Below are positions 19,672 through 28,841 of a DNA stretch of 64,000 nucleotides, piece after piece. Positions within the stretch are counted from its first letter, which is position 1; each line of letters opens with the position of its first letter. The stretch is from the IMG/VR virus record IMGVR_UViG_3300030433_003054; one strand, given 5' to 3'. Origin of the DNA: an uncultured virus (IMG/VR IMGVR_UViG_3300030433_003054) (Duplodnaviria; Heunggongvirae; Uroviricota; Caudoviricetes). The translations under genes were made by a program, and so were the position numbers. The notes under the pieces were generated by a model. The model did no database searches, was not told the DNA's origin, and saw nothing but the letters and a program-made list of their open reading frames with translations.

Positions 19672-20004
19672 CTAAATTACATTGGTACAAACATAGGTAA
19701 TATTTACAGTTATAGAGCCTGCATTGGTGGAATAGACTAGATTAAAACTACGATCGGCCCTGACTGATCTAGTGCCACACGTCAAATTAAAGCTCTTTGT
19801 CGGCAATATTTCAGTCGATGATGCTGCTGGGAGGGGATTTGCGGGATCAGCCACACCCTCAGCGAAGAGTACTTTATTTGTGGCATCGGGATTAGTGATC
19901 ACTATTGTGTGACAGTTATCGGGAACGTTTATTGCTGCCTCTACTGTGGTGGTATTCGTCGCACTTGCTGACGTTGACTCCACCGTTTTGATTGATATTG
20001 CCAT
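19672..20004 (-). CDS. Small beta-rich putative structural protein
   Basis: AGGAG RBS; first gene of the structural-type operon. Confidence 0.65.
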   Translation of the reverse strand: MAISIKTVESTSASATNTTTVEAAINVPDNCHTIVITNPDATNKVLFAEGVADPANPLPAASSTEILPTKSFNLTCGTRSVRADRSFNLVYSTNAGSITVNITYVCTNVI

Positions 20005-20030
20005 TGTATATCTCCTAAATATCGTTTACA

Positions 20031-20059
20031 ATAATAGCCGATATCGCACTAAATTACAA
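20031..20059 (-). promoter_or_regulatory. Sigma70-like promoter
   Basis: TTGTAA-17 bp-TATTAT upstream of 20004. Confidence 0.45.
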
Positions 20060-20074
20060 TGAGCACTACTGACA

Positions 20075-20950
20075 ATGAATTTAAAGAAAATTTTAACATA
20101 CAATAAAAGCACTAGCTCAAAATATGGTTGGACTCCTAGATGGTTTGGCTGTGATGAGTTTAATGAGGAGCTTGTGCATCAGGTCATCTCTTATCAAAGA
20201 GAGCATGGTTTATCTCCCGATGGTATGGTTGGATCTTCGACACACAGGAGAATATACCTAGAACGCATGGAAGATATGATCAGCTTAGAAGATGAGCAAG
20301 GTACGGGATCTCATATTGTATATGCTGGCAATTTCCTTCCTATCGAGTGGGATCAGGTAATACTATGGAACGATGGTAATGGACTAGCTGCGAAAAAAGG
20401 AAATTACAGAGAGAGTAAGACCCTTCGAAAACCATCTATTTTTGTGAATCATTGGGACGTTTGCCTAACGTCCCAAATGTGTCAGAGAGTATTAGACCAA
20501 CGTAACATATCCGTTCACTTTTTGATATCAGCAAGGGGTGTAATATATCAAACAATGGATATAAATGATATCGGGTATCATGCTGGGAATTCCAATAGAT
20601 ACTCTATTGGTGTGGAGATATGTAACCCGTACTATACCAAATACGATTCATGGCACGTCAAGAACGGGCTACCTCTCAGGCCCCGATGGAAGGGTGTTGT
20701 AAGAGGAAAAGAACTAGAAGAGCATCTAGGATTTTATGATGTTCAGATTCAGGCTGCACAAGCTCTGTGGAAGGCGATTGCTGACGCATGTGATATTCCT
20801 CTGCGCTGCCCTCTTGTTGACGGCAAAATGAGCGATAGGTTATATGAACCTGCATTGAATGGGTGGAAGGGATTTGTACATCACTATCATCTGACCAATC
20901 GCAAAATAGATTGTGGTGGTTTCGACCTTCAAAAATATTTAGGGAAATAA
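20075..20950 (+). CDS. Endolysin-like amidase (PG-binding_1 plus Amidase_2)
   Basis: YQREHGLSPDGMVGSST (peptidoglycan binding); VNHWD, SVHFLI, YHAG, SIGVEI, HHYH..KIDC. Confidence 0.85.
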   Translation: MNLKKILTYNKSTSSKYGWTPRWFGCDEFNEELVHQVISYQREHGLSPDGMVGSSTHRRIYLERMEDMISLEDEQGTGSHIVYAGNFLPIEWDQVILWNDGNGLAAKKGNYRESKTLRKPSIFVNHWDVCLTSQMCQRVLDQRNISVHFLISARGVIYQTMDINDIGYHAGNSNRYSIGVEICNPYYTKYDSWHVKNGLPLRPRWKGVVRGKELEEHLGFYDVQIQAAQALWKAIADACDIPLRCPLVDGKMSDRLYEPALNGWKGFVHHYHLTNRKIDCGGFDLQKYLGK

Positions 20951-20951
20951 T

Positions 20952-21764
20952 ATGTACTACGGTGAATCAATAATAGACTGCGCATTGAAGCCAAACAAAT
21001 CGTATTGGTCGTGCTATAAAGAACGGTTTGTGGATTTTTATTTTGATAGTGGGTACAAACCCGAAGATTTTGCAAACGTGACGTGGCAAATAGCTGGTGC
21101 TGTAAATATCGCATTTGCCGAATATATTATCAAAAATAATATTAGTGTCGGTCAGACATTTAATGATCTACAAAGCATCACGAATTCACAGGGATTCATT
21201 AACTGGTTTTACAGAGAAACAATGTTGCTTAACAAGTATGGTGGTGGGGTTGGTATCACTAACGGCCAATGGAGAGCTATGGTGGACAATGGAGTCTCAG
21301 GAGGCTTTGGTTTTTGGATAGCTATGGGATTCTCTAATGTTCGGGAATTTTATGCTTACATGGCTGTTCTGACAGCTTGGGCCTATGGCATAACAAAAGA
21401 CAATGGATATAAAACACTGACCGAAGATTTTGTGCAAAAATATTACTATCGACCTAGTAATATCCCCGAAGCTCTGTACGAAACACCATCGAGCGAAGAT
21501 GAAAAAACGATGAGTGCATTTGGAGAAGATGTTGAAACCACTGTCTATCCGATATGGGAATATGATATAAAGCCCTATTTACAAGGATCTAAATTAGAAC
21601 GTGTACGATCTGCTGGTGACTATGAGCTTCGAAACGCAAAAGATACGGCAATGATGGCTGCGCAACACAAAGCATTTTACGACTCTGAACAAACAAATTG
21701 GCCTGCTGTCGTCTTGGGTGTTTTAGGGGCCTATCTGATAGTGGATCGATTTATTTTAGGCTAG
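20952..21764 (+). CDS. Hypothetical protein with C-terminal membrane anchor
   Basis: Ends WPAVVLGVLGAYLIVDRFILG. Confidence 0.7.
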   Translation: MYYGESIIDCALKPNKSYWSCYKERFVDFYFDSGYKPEDFANVTWQIAGAVNIAFAEYIIKNNISVGQTFNDLQSITNSQGFINWFYRETMLLNKYGGGVGITNGQWRAMVDNGVSGGFGFWIAMGFSNVREFYAYMAVLTAWAYGITKDNGYKTLTEDFVQKYYYRPSNIPEALYETPSSEDEKTMSAFGEDVETTVYPIWEYDIKPYLQGSKLERVRSAGDYELRNAKDTAMMAAQHKAFYDSEQTNWPAVVLGVLGAYLIVDRFILG

Positions 21765-22273
21765 ACCTTATCAGAGATGCTTTTAGATACATACAGACAC
21801 AATTGATCTATCCAATAGTCCCCGTTTTCTTTGAAAATATCCATATTCTCTGTTGGGATACGAATTTTTATCTCATGGTATTTACGGGTACTCTTTACAG
21901 AGGTATCGCAAATCTGAAAAAGAGAGGGATCGATATCGTCCTCTTCGTTGGTCAGATCATCTATAAAATCATGGGCTACCCTAGATGCGAAATTTTTAAG
22001 GTTATCAAAAAAGGGGCTATTAAATGGTGATGTTCCTTGTTGCTGACCGAATAAAGATCTTTGTCGTTGTGTATCAAATTCTCTCTTTTTGTCAGGGTCA
22101 GATAAGAGTCGGTATGCTTTCATTACCTGCTCAAATTTCTCTCTTGCATGAGGAGATGGATTTTTGTCAGGGTGAAGCTCTTTAACCAATTTTCGGTATT
22201 GGGTCTTTATCTCCTCATCGGTCACACCAAATGCTAGACCGAGAGTGACGTAGGGGTCAAATTGTTGTGTCAT
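21761..22273 (-). CDS. J-domain (DnaJ-like) co-chaperone
   Basis: DPYVTLGL..EIKTQYRKL..LHPDKNP..AYRLLSDP. HPD motif intact; no zinc finger. Confidence 0.9.
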   Translation of the reverse strand: MTQQFDPYVTLGLAFGVTDEEIKTQYRKLVKELHPDKNPSPHAREKFEQVMKAYRLLSDPDKKREFDTQRQRSLFGQQQGTSPFNSPFFDNLKNFASRVAHDFIDDLTNEEDDIDPSLFQICDTSVKSTRKYHEIKIRIPTENMDIFKENGDYWIDQLCLYVSKSISDKV

Positions 22274-23049
22274 AGTTTGTCTATACCTGTAAATAGATCG
22301 TCAATGGTTGGGTGTATGTATCGCTGTGTCGTTTTTAGGTCTGAGTGACCCATGAGCATCTGAATCGTCAATGGTGATACCTCTCTTTTATAGAGAGAGG
22401 TCGCAAAGGTGTGTCGCAAAACATGAGGACTAATGTTCTCCAATTCAGGATTGTCTTTTGAGATTTTAGCCGTCCACGTCCTGACACTGCTAGGTTTTAT
22501 ATGATCTTTGCGGCCCTCAAAAATCCATTTAGAGGGTTGATAATTTTTGAGGTATCGCTCTAAAAGGGTCTTTGCTGCGTTATTGAGCGGGATTGTTCTA
22601 GGCTTCTCCCCTTTACCAATGAGCTTAATAACCCATCTATCGCCAATTCTTTGTATGTTTCGCTTTTGGAGGGTGCATATCTCATTGATTCGAAAACCCG
22701 TCAACGGGAGGAGGAGAAGGATTGTTCTAAATGGTTCCCTCAGATTCTTGCATATAATGTTGTACCGTTTTAGCTGCCTGTTGGATAATCCTGCTCTCTG
22801 TATGGGTTTGATACCCTTTATTTTAGGCAACATTGCCATTGCTTTTTCTTCGCTCATACCCTTGTGCATTAATCTAAATTTGATAATGCTTCTTTTAATC
22901 ATCAGCGAATTGATAGGTTTTCGTTGCGATATTTGCTTTTCAAGCCATGATATAGGCTGTTTCATGGGTATGTTGCGATTCAAACGTGTGTATACGTCGA
23001 TTGTGGAGGGAGATAGGCCCTGTTTCATCAAAAATTGTTTAAACGTCAT
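22270..23049 (-). CDS. Tyrosine recombinase (XerC/D-like)
   Basis: TGFRINE, GKGEK.R, SPHVLRHTFAT, MGHS..TTQRY: catalytic R-K-H-R-H-Y all present. Confidence 0.9.
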   Translation of the reverse strand: MTFKQFLMKQGLSPSTIDVYTRLNRNIPMKQPISWLEKQISQRKPINSLMIKRSIIKFRLMHKGMSEEKAMAMLPKIKGIKPIQRAGLSNRQLKRYNIICKNLREPFRTILLLLPLTGFRINEICTLQKRNIQRIGDRWVIKLIGKGEKPRTIPLNNAAKTLLERYLKNYQPSKWIFEGRKDHIKPSSVRTWTAKISKDNPELENISPHVLRHTFATSLYKREVSPLTIQMLMGHSDLKTTQRYIHPTIDDLFTGIDKL

Positions 23050-23438
23050 TGTGGTAAATATCTAGGACGTGATCGCCCTGTTTTTTCGGTGGTTTGTATA
23101 TCGTTGTGATCATAATAGATCGGGAATCCAAATAATTTATAGACCAAATTATCAGCATCATCTTCGGTATGTTCTACCTTTTCGACTTGCATTAAATAGC
23201 AATGGGCTACCTCATGGGCTAATACAGCAATTTGATTTTCGGTGGGGAGGTCTGAGAGCTTGGGCGATACATATATGGTGTAACCATCTGTATAAGCGCA
23301 ATCTCTGAGATTGGGAAAAGAGGAGGGTTTTGTATCCACCTTCATAGCTATATCGATCAAATTACCTGTTGATCGATAAACGAGATGGACTAATGTTCGC
23401 ATTAAATGTTCTAGTGGCATTGTTTTTATGGGTTTCAT
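23046..23438 (-). CDS. Small zincin-like metallopeptidase
   Basis: AYTDG..IYV..VLAHEVAHC..E..AD (HEXXH plus downstream Glu). Confidence 0.7.
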   Translation of the reverse strand: MKPIKTMPLEHLMRTLVHLVYRSTGNLIDIAMKVDTKPSSFPNLRDCAYTDGYTIYVSPKLSDLPTENQIAVLAHEVAHCYLMQVEKVEHTEDDADNLVYKLFGFPIYYDHNDIQTTEKTGRSRPRYLPQ

Positions 23439-23866
23439 TATTTTACCATATAAAAATAGAGTGATGCGTGAGGAGATTCGTTAGGTTCTCCATACCAATC
23501 TTCGACGTGATACAAGCAAAATTGACCGTCGCATTTGTAAATGATACCTTCGCATGCGTCTAGCACCAATTTCAAAAGGTTGTCGCCATCGGGCCGAGTA
23601 TGTTTCGGTATCCTATCCGTACCCTTTAATGCTTTGGGCCTACGATGGACGAATATAGCCTTAATTCCCATAGCACCATGATGTAACTCTCCTTTATACT
23701 TTGGGCGAACGTATGCAGCAATCATCGCTTCGGCACGTCGAGTCCTTGTCGGTGTGTAAGCTCTATTCTTTGATACCTTCGGACGGGCCTTTGGGACAGG
23801 TGCAATGGGCACGTTGACCTCAAATATCAGAGATGGTTTCATTTTAGACATAAAAAAAGACTCCAT
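23438..23866 (-). CDS. rusA: RusA-family Holliday junction resolvase
   Basis: PVPKARP..YTP.RT and RPDGDNLLKLVLDA..IY..D.Q. Confidence 0.85.
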   Translation of the reverse strand: MESFFMSKMKPSLIFEVNVPIAPVPKARPKVSKNRAYTPTRTRRAEAMIAAYVRPKYKGELHHGAMGIKAIFVHRRPKALKGTDRIPKHTRPDGDNLLKLVLDACEGIIYKCDGQFCLYHVEDWYGEPNESPHASLYFYMVK

Positions 23867-23877
23867 TAGGAGTCTTT
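23853..23877 (-). terminator. Hairpin followed by a U-tract
   Basis: Minus strand AAAGACTCC-TAAT-GGAGTCTTT followed by TTTT; overlaps the annotated rusA start region. Confidence 0.5.
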
Positions 23878-23908
23878 ATATATCATGGTTTGAATTATTG
23901 AGCTTGAT

Positions 23909-24919
23909 CTATCCGCTCCAATTTTTAAGAGATGCTAACTCAGGCAATAACCATGATTTACCACACGATTTTTGATGATTACAAAAAGCCCGTCCATGCT
24001 TTTTGTGAAAAGATGTTGCATCGCTCCGTCCACAGGACGGACATTTCCATTTTTGCCAGAAAGTACCCCTGACTAGACGAGCACCCATAAATTCAGCAAA
24101 TTTTTGTCGTGCACCAGCGCAGGCATTGAGAGAGGCAATTCGACGGGTACGATCGTCTGTGTGCATTGGGTGTGCTGATCTCTTATGAGTGCTTTTGAAT
24201 TGATCATCTAGGAATTTTACACTCTTATCGTACTGTATCTCTGAAAACCGCTCCTGAACCTTATCGAATGGGTCTAGCCAGTTAGCACCTTGTCGCCAGT
24301 CACAACGCATATGAGGAGTTTTATAGCAACAATTGTAGGTCGATGCTTTATTGAATAGAGCTTGGGTATCGGGTGTGTCACAAAATGTACGCATAAATGT
24401 TGATTGGGAGATATCGGCAAAAGCCTCAAAATAGGCTACGGGAATAGGTTTAGCCATCGGGAATATCACTCTAAATTTCTCTTTGTCACCAGCTACATGA
24501 GAATAGGAGGTGTGCATAATATAGAGAAGATCGCTCTTTTCACAAAAATCCTTTACACGATCATAAGTGACTTTATTGTCGTCCACGTCCCACACCATCA
24601 TTGTGATGTATTCCACCTTTTCTTTTAACCGTCGATTCTCCTTGAATATGGCAGGAGCGAAGCATTTTTGAGATGCTTTCTCCCAATCCCTCCACTGATC
24701 TTCTCCGTCCCAGTGTTCAGCAATTCGCTGAGGTACAGCGATATGCTCCACCAATTGCATAAAAGAGAGATTTGTTCGATACCCATACTTTTGCATGGTG
24801 TGACCGAAAAATGTAGCCTCCCATTTTTGATCATAGGTGTTACGGGAATTTTTAATATACTCAAATCCCAATTTCTTATCTCTTGGGAGAACTTGTGGTG
24901 GTTTGGGCAACTTTTTCAT
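23909..24919 (-). CDS. AEP/PrimPol-like primase with C-terminal zinc finger
   Basis: FAPAIF..R, WDVDD, HTSYSH..KFRVIFP; C-terminal CPSCG..CNH..SC. Confidence 0.7.
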   Translation of the reverse strand: MKKLPKPPQVLPRDKKLGFEYIKNSRNTYDQKWEATFFGHTMQKYGYRTNLSFMQLVEHIAVPQRIAEHWDGEDQWRDWEKASQKCFAPAIFKENRRLKEKVEYITMMVWDVDDNKVTYDRVKDFCEKSDLLYIMHTSYSHVAGDKEKFRVIFPMAKPIPVAYFEAFADISQSTFMRTFCDTPDTQALFNKASTYNCCYKTPHMRCDWRQGANWLDPFDKVQERFSEIQYDKSVKFLDDQFKSTHKRSAHPMHTDDRTRRIASLNACAGARQKFAEFMGARLVRGTFWQKWKCPSCGRSDATSFHKKHGRAFCNHQKSCGKSWLLPELASLKNWSG

Positions 24920-25563
24920 CGTGCACCCCCATATCCAATCTCTACTAGTCCAGCACCAACCTGAGAGAGAGTAAAATCATCTTTTAGGTTGGTCTTGTAT
25001 GCGTTGTATATAGACTTTGCGGCCCGTTCTGAGAGAAATTGAGACAAAGAGAAATTTCTCTTTGTACCGCTGTGATCTTTTGCATTGGTATCGACAACCT
25101 GTACCATACAGACACGACCCACAAAGACTTTAAAGCTCTCTTTTACCGCCTTGATCTCCTTTTTTAGCTCTTCCATCTTCTTATAGTATTCCAGCATCGA
25201 ATCTGTACCTTGTACGGGATACTCTAAAAAAGAGTGCGAAACAAGCTCAATCTCTTGTGCGCTGAGTTTGCCTGATAAGATAAAGCCCTTCCAGCCCTCC
25301 TTCTCTCTCTCCTTTATAGAGTCGATTTTGTACTGAGGAAATGGGTACACTCCGAAGGGGTGGAATAGCTGAATACGACGTGGATATACATGCTCTCTAA
25401 ACTCTATATCCATGCGAAAAGATGTTGCTATGGTTCTAAGACCGTTCCATCTCTCCACACTAAAAACATCGACCTCTCCGATTGGAGCACGAAAAATACC
25501 GCTCAAAAGTGCGTCAGGAAGCCCACACTCTCTTGTTTTTGAAAAATCTAATTGCCTTCGCAT
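24916..25563 (-). CDS. Hypothetical protein
   Basis: AGGAG RBS; first gene of the primase-RusA-recombinase operon. Confidence 0.7.
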   Translation of the reverse strand: MRRQLDFSKTRECGLPDALLSGIFRAPIGEVDVFSVERWNGLRTIATSFRMDIEFREHVYPRRIQLFHPFGVYPFPQYKIDSIKEREKEGWKGFILSGKLSAQEIELVSHSFLEYPVQGTDSMLEYYKKMEELKKEIKAVKESFKVFVGRVCMVQVVDTNAKDHSGTKRNFSLSQFLSERAAKSIYNAYKTNLKDDFTLSQVGAGLVEIGYGGAR

Positions 25564-25594
25564 AAAGTCTCCTATGTAAATTTATGGCAATTAG

Positions 25595-25624
25595 TCCTTA
25601 TCATTGTGGTTTACTACATGCAAA
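25595..25624 (-). promoter_or_regulatory. Degenerate member of the conserved promoter family
   Basis: TTTGCA-T-GTAGTAAACC-ACAATGA-TAAGGA. Shares the GTAGTAAACC spacer but lacks the operator palindrome. Confidence 0.5.
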
Positions 25625-26053
25625 CTATTTTTTAAGTACTAGGAATCCACCCACAGCAACAGCCAGTAGTATATATGGGTTAAACCCCTTCTTTTTCCAT
25701 TGTGTCGCCAATAGTCCATCTATGATATTGGCGGCATCGAAGGCTTTGACCTTCCTAGCTGAATCAGCGATATTTTTCAGTCCTTTTCGCAACACATCGG
25801 AATTGGGCGACTCTTCGGTAATCAGTAAGATGGAATCCTGATCTCCTCTTGGCAATTCTTTATCATACGTTTGCGATACCGCATCATAGGTTCCTTCCCA
25901 ATCCTCTTCGATCATTAAGATCAAGATTATACCTAATCCTCTACGTTTTTCTTTGTCTTTATCGGCTATAAGAGCATCGAGTGAAGGATAATCCCTTATA
26001 AGCCGACTTTTATATACCTCATATTTATTTACAGGTATTTCTGAATAATACAT
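25625..26053 (-). CDS. Hypothetical protein with C-terminal membrane anchor
   Basis: Ends FNPYILLAVAVGGFLVLKK. Confidence 0.7.
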   Translation of the reverse strand: MYYSEIPVNKYEVYKSRLIRDYPSLDALIADKDKEKRRGLGIILILMIEEDWEGTYDAVSQTYDKELPRGDQDSILLITEESPNSDVLRKGLKNIADSARKVKAFDAANIIDGLLATQWKKKGFNPYILLAVAVGGFLVLKK

Positions 26054-26392
26054 TTATTTCTCCATTTTCAAATCGATCATATCTAATTTTTTCTGTAAAG
26101 AGCCTAAGATTTGGTGCTTTTCATTTTCGCATTTTTCTCTAATGCGATCCATTTCTTTGCGATACTCCTCTTTCTCATTTCTAAGCTGTTCGATAACGGA
26201 GGAATAACGATTGCGTATCTCCTCAATGCTCTTTTCTCTCTTTTGTTCGTACTGATCCCTATCCTGCTTTATTTCTAGTCGATAGGCTTCGTTCTGTTTA
26301 TTTTGAGTCCACCAGTTGTAAAGTAAAAAAGCAAGGAACGGGCTATTTGTAGCCAGATTTAGCCATAGATCGTGATAGGTCGAGGCTTCCAT
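26054..26392 (-). CDS. BhlA-like holin candidate (N-terminal TM plus coiled coil)
   Basis: LATNSPFLAFLLYNWW followed by a charged coiled coil; adjacent to the lysozyme. Confidence 0.55.
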   Translation of the reverse strand: MEASTYHDLWLNLATNSPFLAFLLYNWWTQNKQNEAYRLEIKQDRDQYEQKREKSIEEIRNRYSSVIEQLRNEKEEYRKEMDRIREKCENEKHQILGSLQKKLDMIDLKMEK

Positions 26393-26992
26393 CTATGATC
26401 TCCTCATAAACAAATATAGTCCCAGTGATGCAACACCTAGCAAAATCAACGCATTGGGAGAGGTACTTTTACTCCCATCTAAAAACATTTGGGCCTCAAA
26501 AAGCCTTCTCTTTTTGAGTCCTGCTAGTTCTACACCCTTCGATGATACGGGGCCGCCAGCTATTGCATCTGCTGTTTCAGCCCACTTTTTTTGATTGGCA
26601 AATTCTACGGCTTTTTTAAAAGAGGAATTTCCCGATCCAGTATTAAACATCATCAAAAACAACGCATCATATTGTTTTTGAGAGAGCTTGACGGTCAGCT
26701 TTTTATTGAGGATATTCTCTCTTTTAGCGATATCCTCTTCAAAAATCGCCAATATCTGATCTAATGGCAAATCATACCCATCTCTAAAATGGTTCGCATA
26801 TTTTTCACACTCATTTTTCCATGAGGCATAAACGACGTGACCGATACCAATAGTCGGTGTTCCCTGAGCCGAATAACAGTCCACCAGTCCCTTTCTTTTT
26901 TCGGAGCTTGTGGCCAGATCATCATAAACTCTTGGAATTACACCTTCCATCTCTTTTAATATCTCTCTTCCCGATTGAGAAAATCGCATCAT
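26393..26992 (-). CDS. GH24 phage lysozyme with C-terminal membrane anchor
   Basis: EMEG..VYDD..TPTIGIGH, LSQKQYDAL..FNTG, GLKKRRLFEA; ends LILLGVASLGLYLFMRRS. Confidence 0.85.
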   Translation of the reverse strand: MMRFSQSGREILKEMEGVIPRVYDDLATSSEKRKGLVDCYSAQGTPTIGIGHVVYASWKNECEKYANHFRDGYDLPLDQILAIFEEDIAKRENILNKKLTVKLSQKQYDALFLMMFNTGSGNSSFKKAVEFANQKKWAETADAIAGGPVSSKGVELAGLKKRRLFEAQMFLDGSKSTSPNALILLGVASLGLYLFMRRS

Positions 26993-27417
26993 AGCCTCCT
27001 ATCAAATATTTCGATGCACTCTTTTTGCTTCTTCTCATCTTCGTTGGCGCATATAGTAATAATGGACTTTTTATTCATCACGTTGCTAATCTCTTCGCAC
27101 TCTCCATTGCCGCCCGTCTTTGCATCGACACCACGAGAGAATTGCAAACAGGCTAGGTATCGACACAGCATTGCCTGATCTTCGCTCTCCCATCGGGACT
27201 CTGTATCTTTTGTCTTGTCAGGACTACACAGAGGCATGATGAGATCTAGGTTTGTCAATTGGTGTATGATCTCTTGCTGTTTTTGAGACGTTTCGTCTTT
27301 TATGATGATTGGTACGGGTTCTTTTTTTTCAGTGGCTTTGGATATACCAAAGCCAACACCGCCCCCAATTATGAAGGCGATCACTCCAATTAATATTTCC
27401 ATTCTAATTTCCTTCAT
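26989..27417 (-). CDS. N-terminally anchored Cys-containing protein (spanin-like position)
   Basis: ILIGVIAFIIGGGVGFGI TM segment; six Cys; directly upstream of the lysozyme. Confidence 0.6.
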   Translation of the reverse strand: MKEIRMEILIGVIAFIIGGGVGFGISKATEKKEPVPIIIKDETSQKQQEIIHQLTNLDLIMPLCSPDKTKDTESRWESEDQAMLCRYLACLQFSRGVDAKTGGNGECEEISNVMNKKSIITICANEDEKKQKECIEIFDRRL

Positions 27418-27688
27418 TGTTCAAACACATTTTTTCTTTGGTTTGTGGAAGAGTATCGATCTCTACTTTGCATCTAGTTTCAATCCAAACATGCGCCCCA
27501 CATGAGAGGGGCTTGTTCGGTCGGTACACCACACGAGCAATTTCATTGCCGTTCGTGTCCAGTAGCCTAGCGGTGTGCCCGTACTCATTTGAATTATAGG
27601 TCTTACACGTTAGAACAGGATCACACGTTCCGTTTTTCCTATTTGATTTTATTTTGTGTTGGTTCACATGTATTATTGTCTTTTTCAT
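27404..27688 (-). CDS. Conserved phage hypothetical protein
   Basis: IIHVNQH.I..NRK.G..PV.T.KTY..N.Y.H..Y.P.KPLSCGA.VWIET, a pattern I recall from marine phage proteins. Likely start MKKTII. Confidence 0.7.
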   Translation of the reverse strand: MKKTIIHVNQHKIKSNRKNGTCDPVLTCKTYNSNEYGHTARLLDTNGNEIARVVYRPNKPLSCGAHVWIETRCKVEIDTLPQTKEKMCLNNEGN

Positions 27689-28119
27689 TTGCTCAAATTC
27701 CGTCTGATATGATCTCTTGTTTTGATCCACTCAGGATCGGAATCCCATTGATCTAACAAATCCCAAACCTCTTGTGCTGTGGATTCGAATTTTACCATTC
27801 TTTCCCGCATCTCAGGGCCTAATCGTGGATCATCGAATCCATATCTCTTCTTTAAGAGATCATATTTTTCTATCTGTTTTCTTTGGTTTTCTTCTTGCTC
27901 TCTTCTCTTTTTCTCTTCTCTTTTCTTTCTAGCTCTATACGTTGACCACTTTTCTTTGAAAAACCCTTTACCTTTACACGCAAAGCATACCCCTCCCATT
28001 CGGTGTTTAAACGCACGAATAGTACCTGTGCCAGCGCATTTGTCACAGGTTATTATTCTCCATGTTGATATATGCTTAAAGCGGTCTTTTAGAGATTTTA
28101 TGATAACAAGCTCATTCAT
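27685..28119 (-). CDS. Zinc-finger protein (CxxCxGxG twice) with N-terminal shared tag
   Basis: CDKCAGTG and CFACKGKG; N-terminus MNELVIIKSLKDRF. Confidence 0.7.
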   Translation of the reverse strand: MNELVIIKSLKDRFKHISTWRIITCDKCAGTGTIRAFKHRMGGVCFACKGKGFFKEKWSTYRARKKREEKKRREQEENQRKQIEKYDLLKKRYGFDDPRLGPEMRERMVKFESTAQEVWDLLDQWDSDPEWIKTRDHIRRNLSK

Positions 28120-28453
28120 CTTCGCCTTCGTCAATATCGATTGGCTCAGAGTGGGATTCCATCACACGACCAGCGGAATCCGCTAAATAAGAGAAAGCTG
28201 AACCAGCGAACGCATAGGTGATACCTTCGACCAAACTTGCATTGAGTTTGCCTGTTTGAGCTAACTCAGCACCCTTTTTGAGTCCATAGGCTAGATAACC
28301 TGAGTGGAATCCTGTGCAATATGTACAATCTAGCATCTTATCTAGGTATTTATTTTTGCCTCTAAGAAATTCGGCTTTTTGCTGTAATCCGAACGTAATT
28401 CCATATCCAGCTAGTAAAATTATTAAATCTTCCATGTTCTTATCCTTTTTCAT
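28112..28453 (-). CDS. DUF1360-like membrane protein
   Basis: TM, then R..ML.CTYCTGFH, then TM segments. Confidence 0.6.
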   Translation of the reverse strand: MKKDKNMEDLIILLAGYGITFGLQQKAEFLRGKNKYLDKMLDCTYCTGFHSGYLAYGLKKGAELAQTGKLNASLVEGITYAFAGSAFSYLADSAGRVMESHSEPIDIDEGEDE

Positions 28454-28746
28454 TTTCTCCGACTCCCCTTCGTCTTTCTCCGTCCCGATTTTGTGGGAAT
28501 TAAACGACAACAGCTTGTCTTTGCGGTCTTTGAAAAAACCTCTATGGTGTCAGGGATTCCATCTTCATCACAATCGAACCCTAGATCTAGTTTTATGTTA
28601 TTGAGTGCGTCGGTAATGAGTTTGTATTCGCTACGCATATCAGGGGAGGCAATACCACTTGTTATCGCTTTGTGTAGGGTATTGTGCCTCTGAATCGCTT
28701 CTCCTAGACCCATTGCCATACTTTTTCTAAAAAATGTATCACCCAT
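28450..28746 (-). CDS. Hypothetical protein
   Basis: AGGAG RBS; contains DCDEDGIPD. Confidence 0.7.
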   Translation of the reverse strand: MGDTFFRKSMAMGLGEAIQRHNTLHKAITSGIASPDMRSEYKLITDALNNIKLDLGFDCDEDGIPDTIEVFSKTAKTSCCRLIPTKSGRRKTKGSRRK

Positions 28747-28779
28747 CTATATCTCCTTTTTTCCTGTTTATGATAACAT

Positions 28780-28816
28780 AAAAAATGGCCCGAAGGGAGG
28801 GCAATCCCTTCGAGCC
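28780..28816 (-). terminator. Rho-independent terminator
   Basis: GGCTCGAAGGGA-loop-TCCCTTCGGGCC then ATTTTTT, downstream of the 722-aa gene. Confidence 0.7.
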
Positions 28817-28841
28817 TGACACAACAAACATTGGAGATATG

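Noticed and set aside
17883..20004. Major capsid protein call
   Set aside because: Composition fits a structural protein, but I cannot recognise a capsid fold by eye.
16277..23049. Host chromosomal mreB, dnaJ and xerC
   Set aside because: No mreCD or dnaK/grpE context, the J-protein lacks the other DnaJ domains, and the neighbours are viral-type genes, so no gene symbols were assigned.
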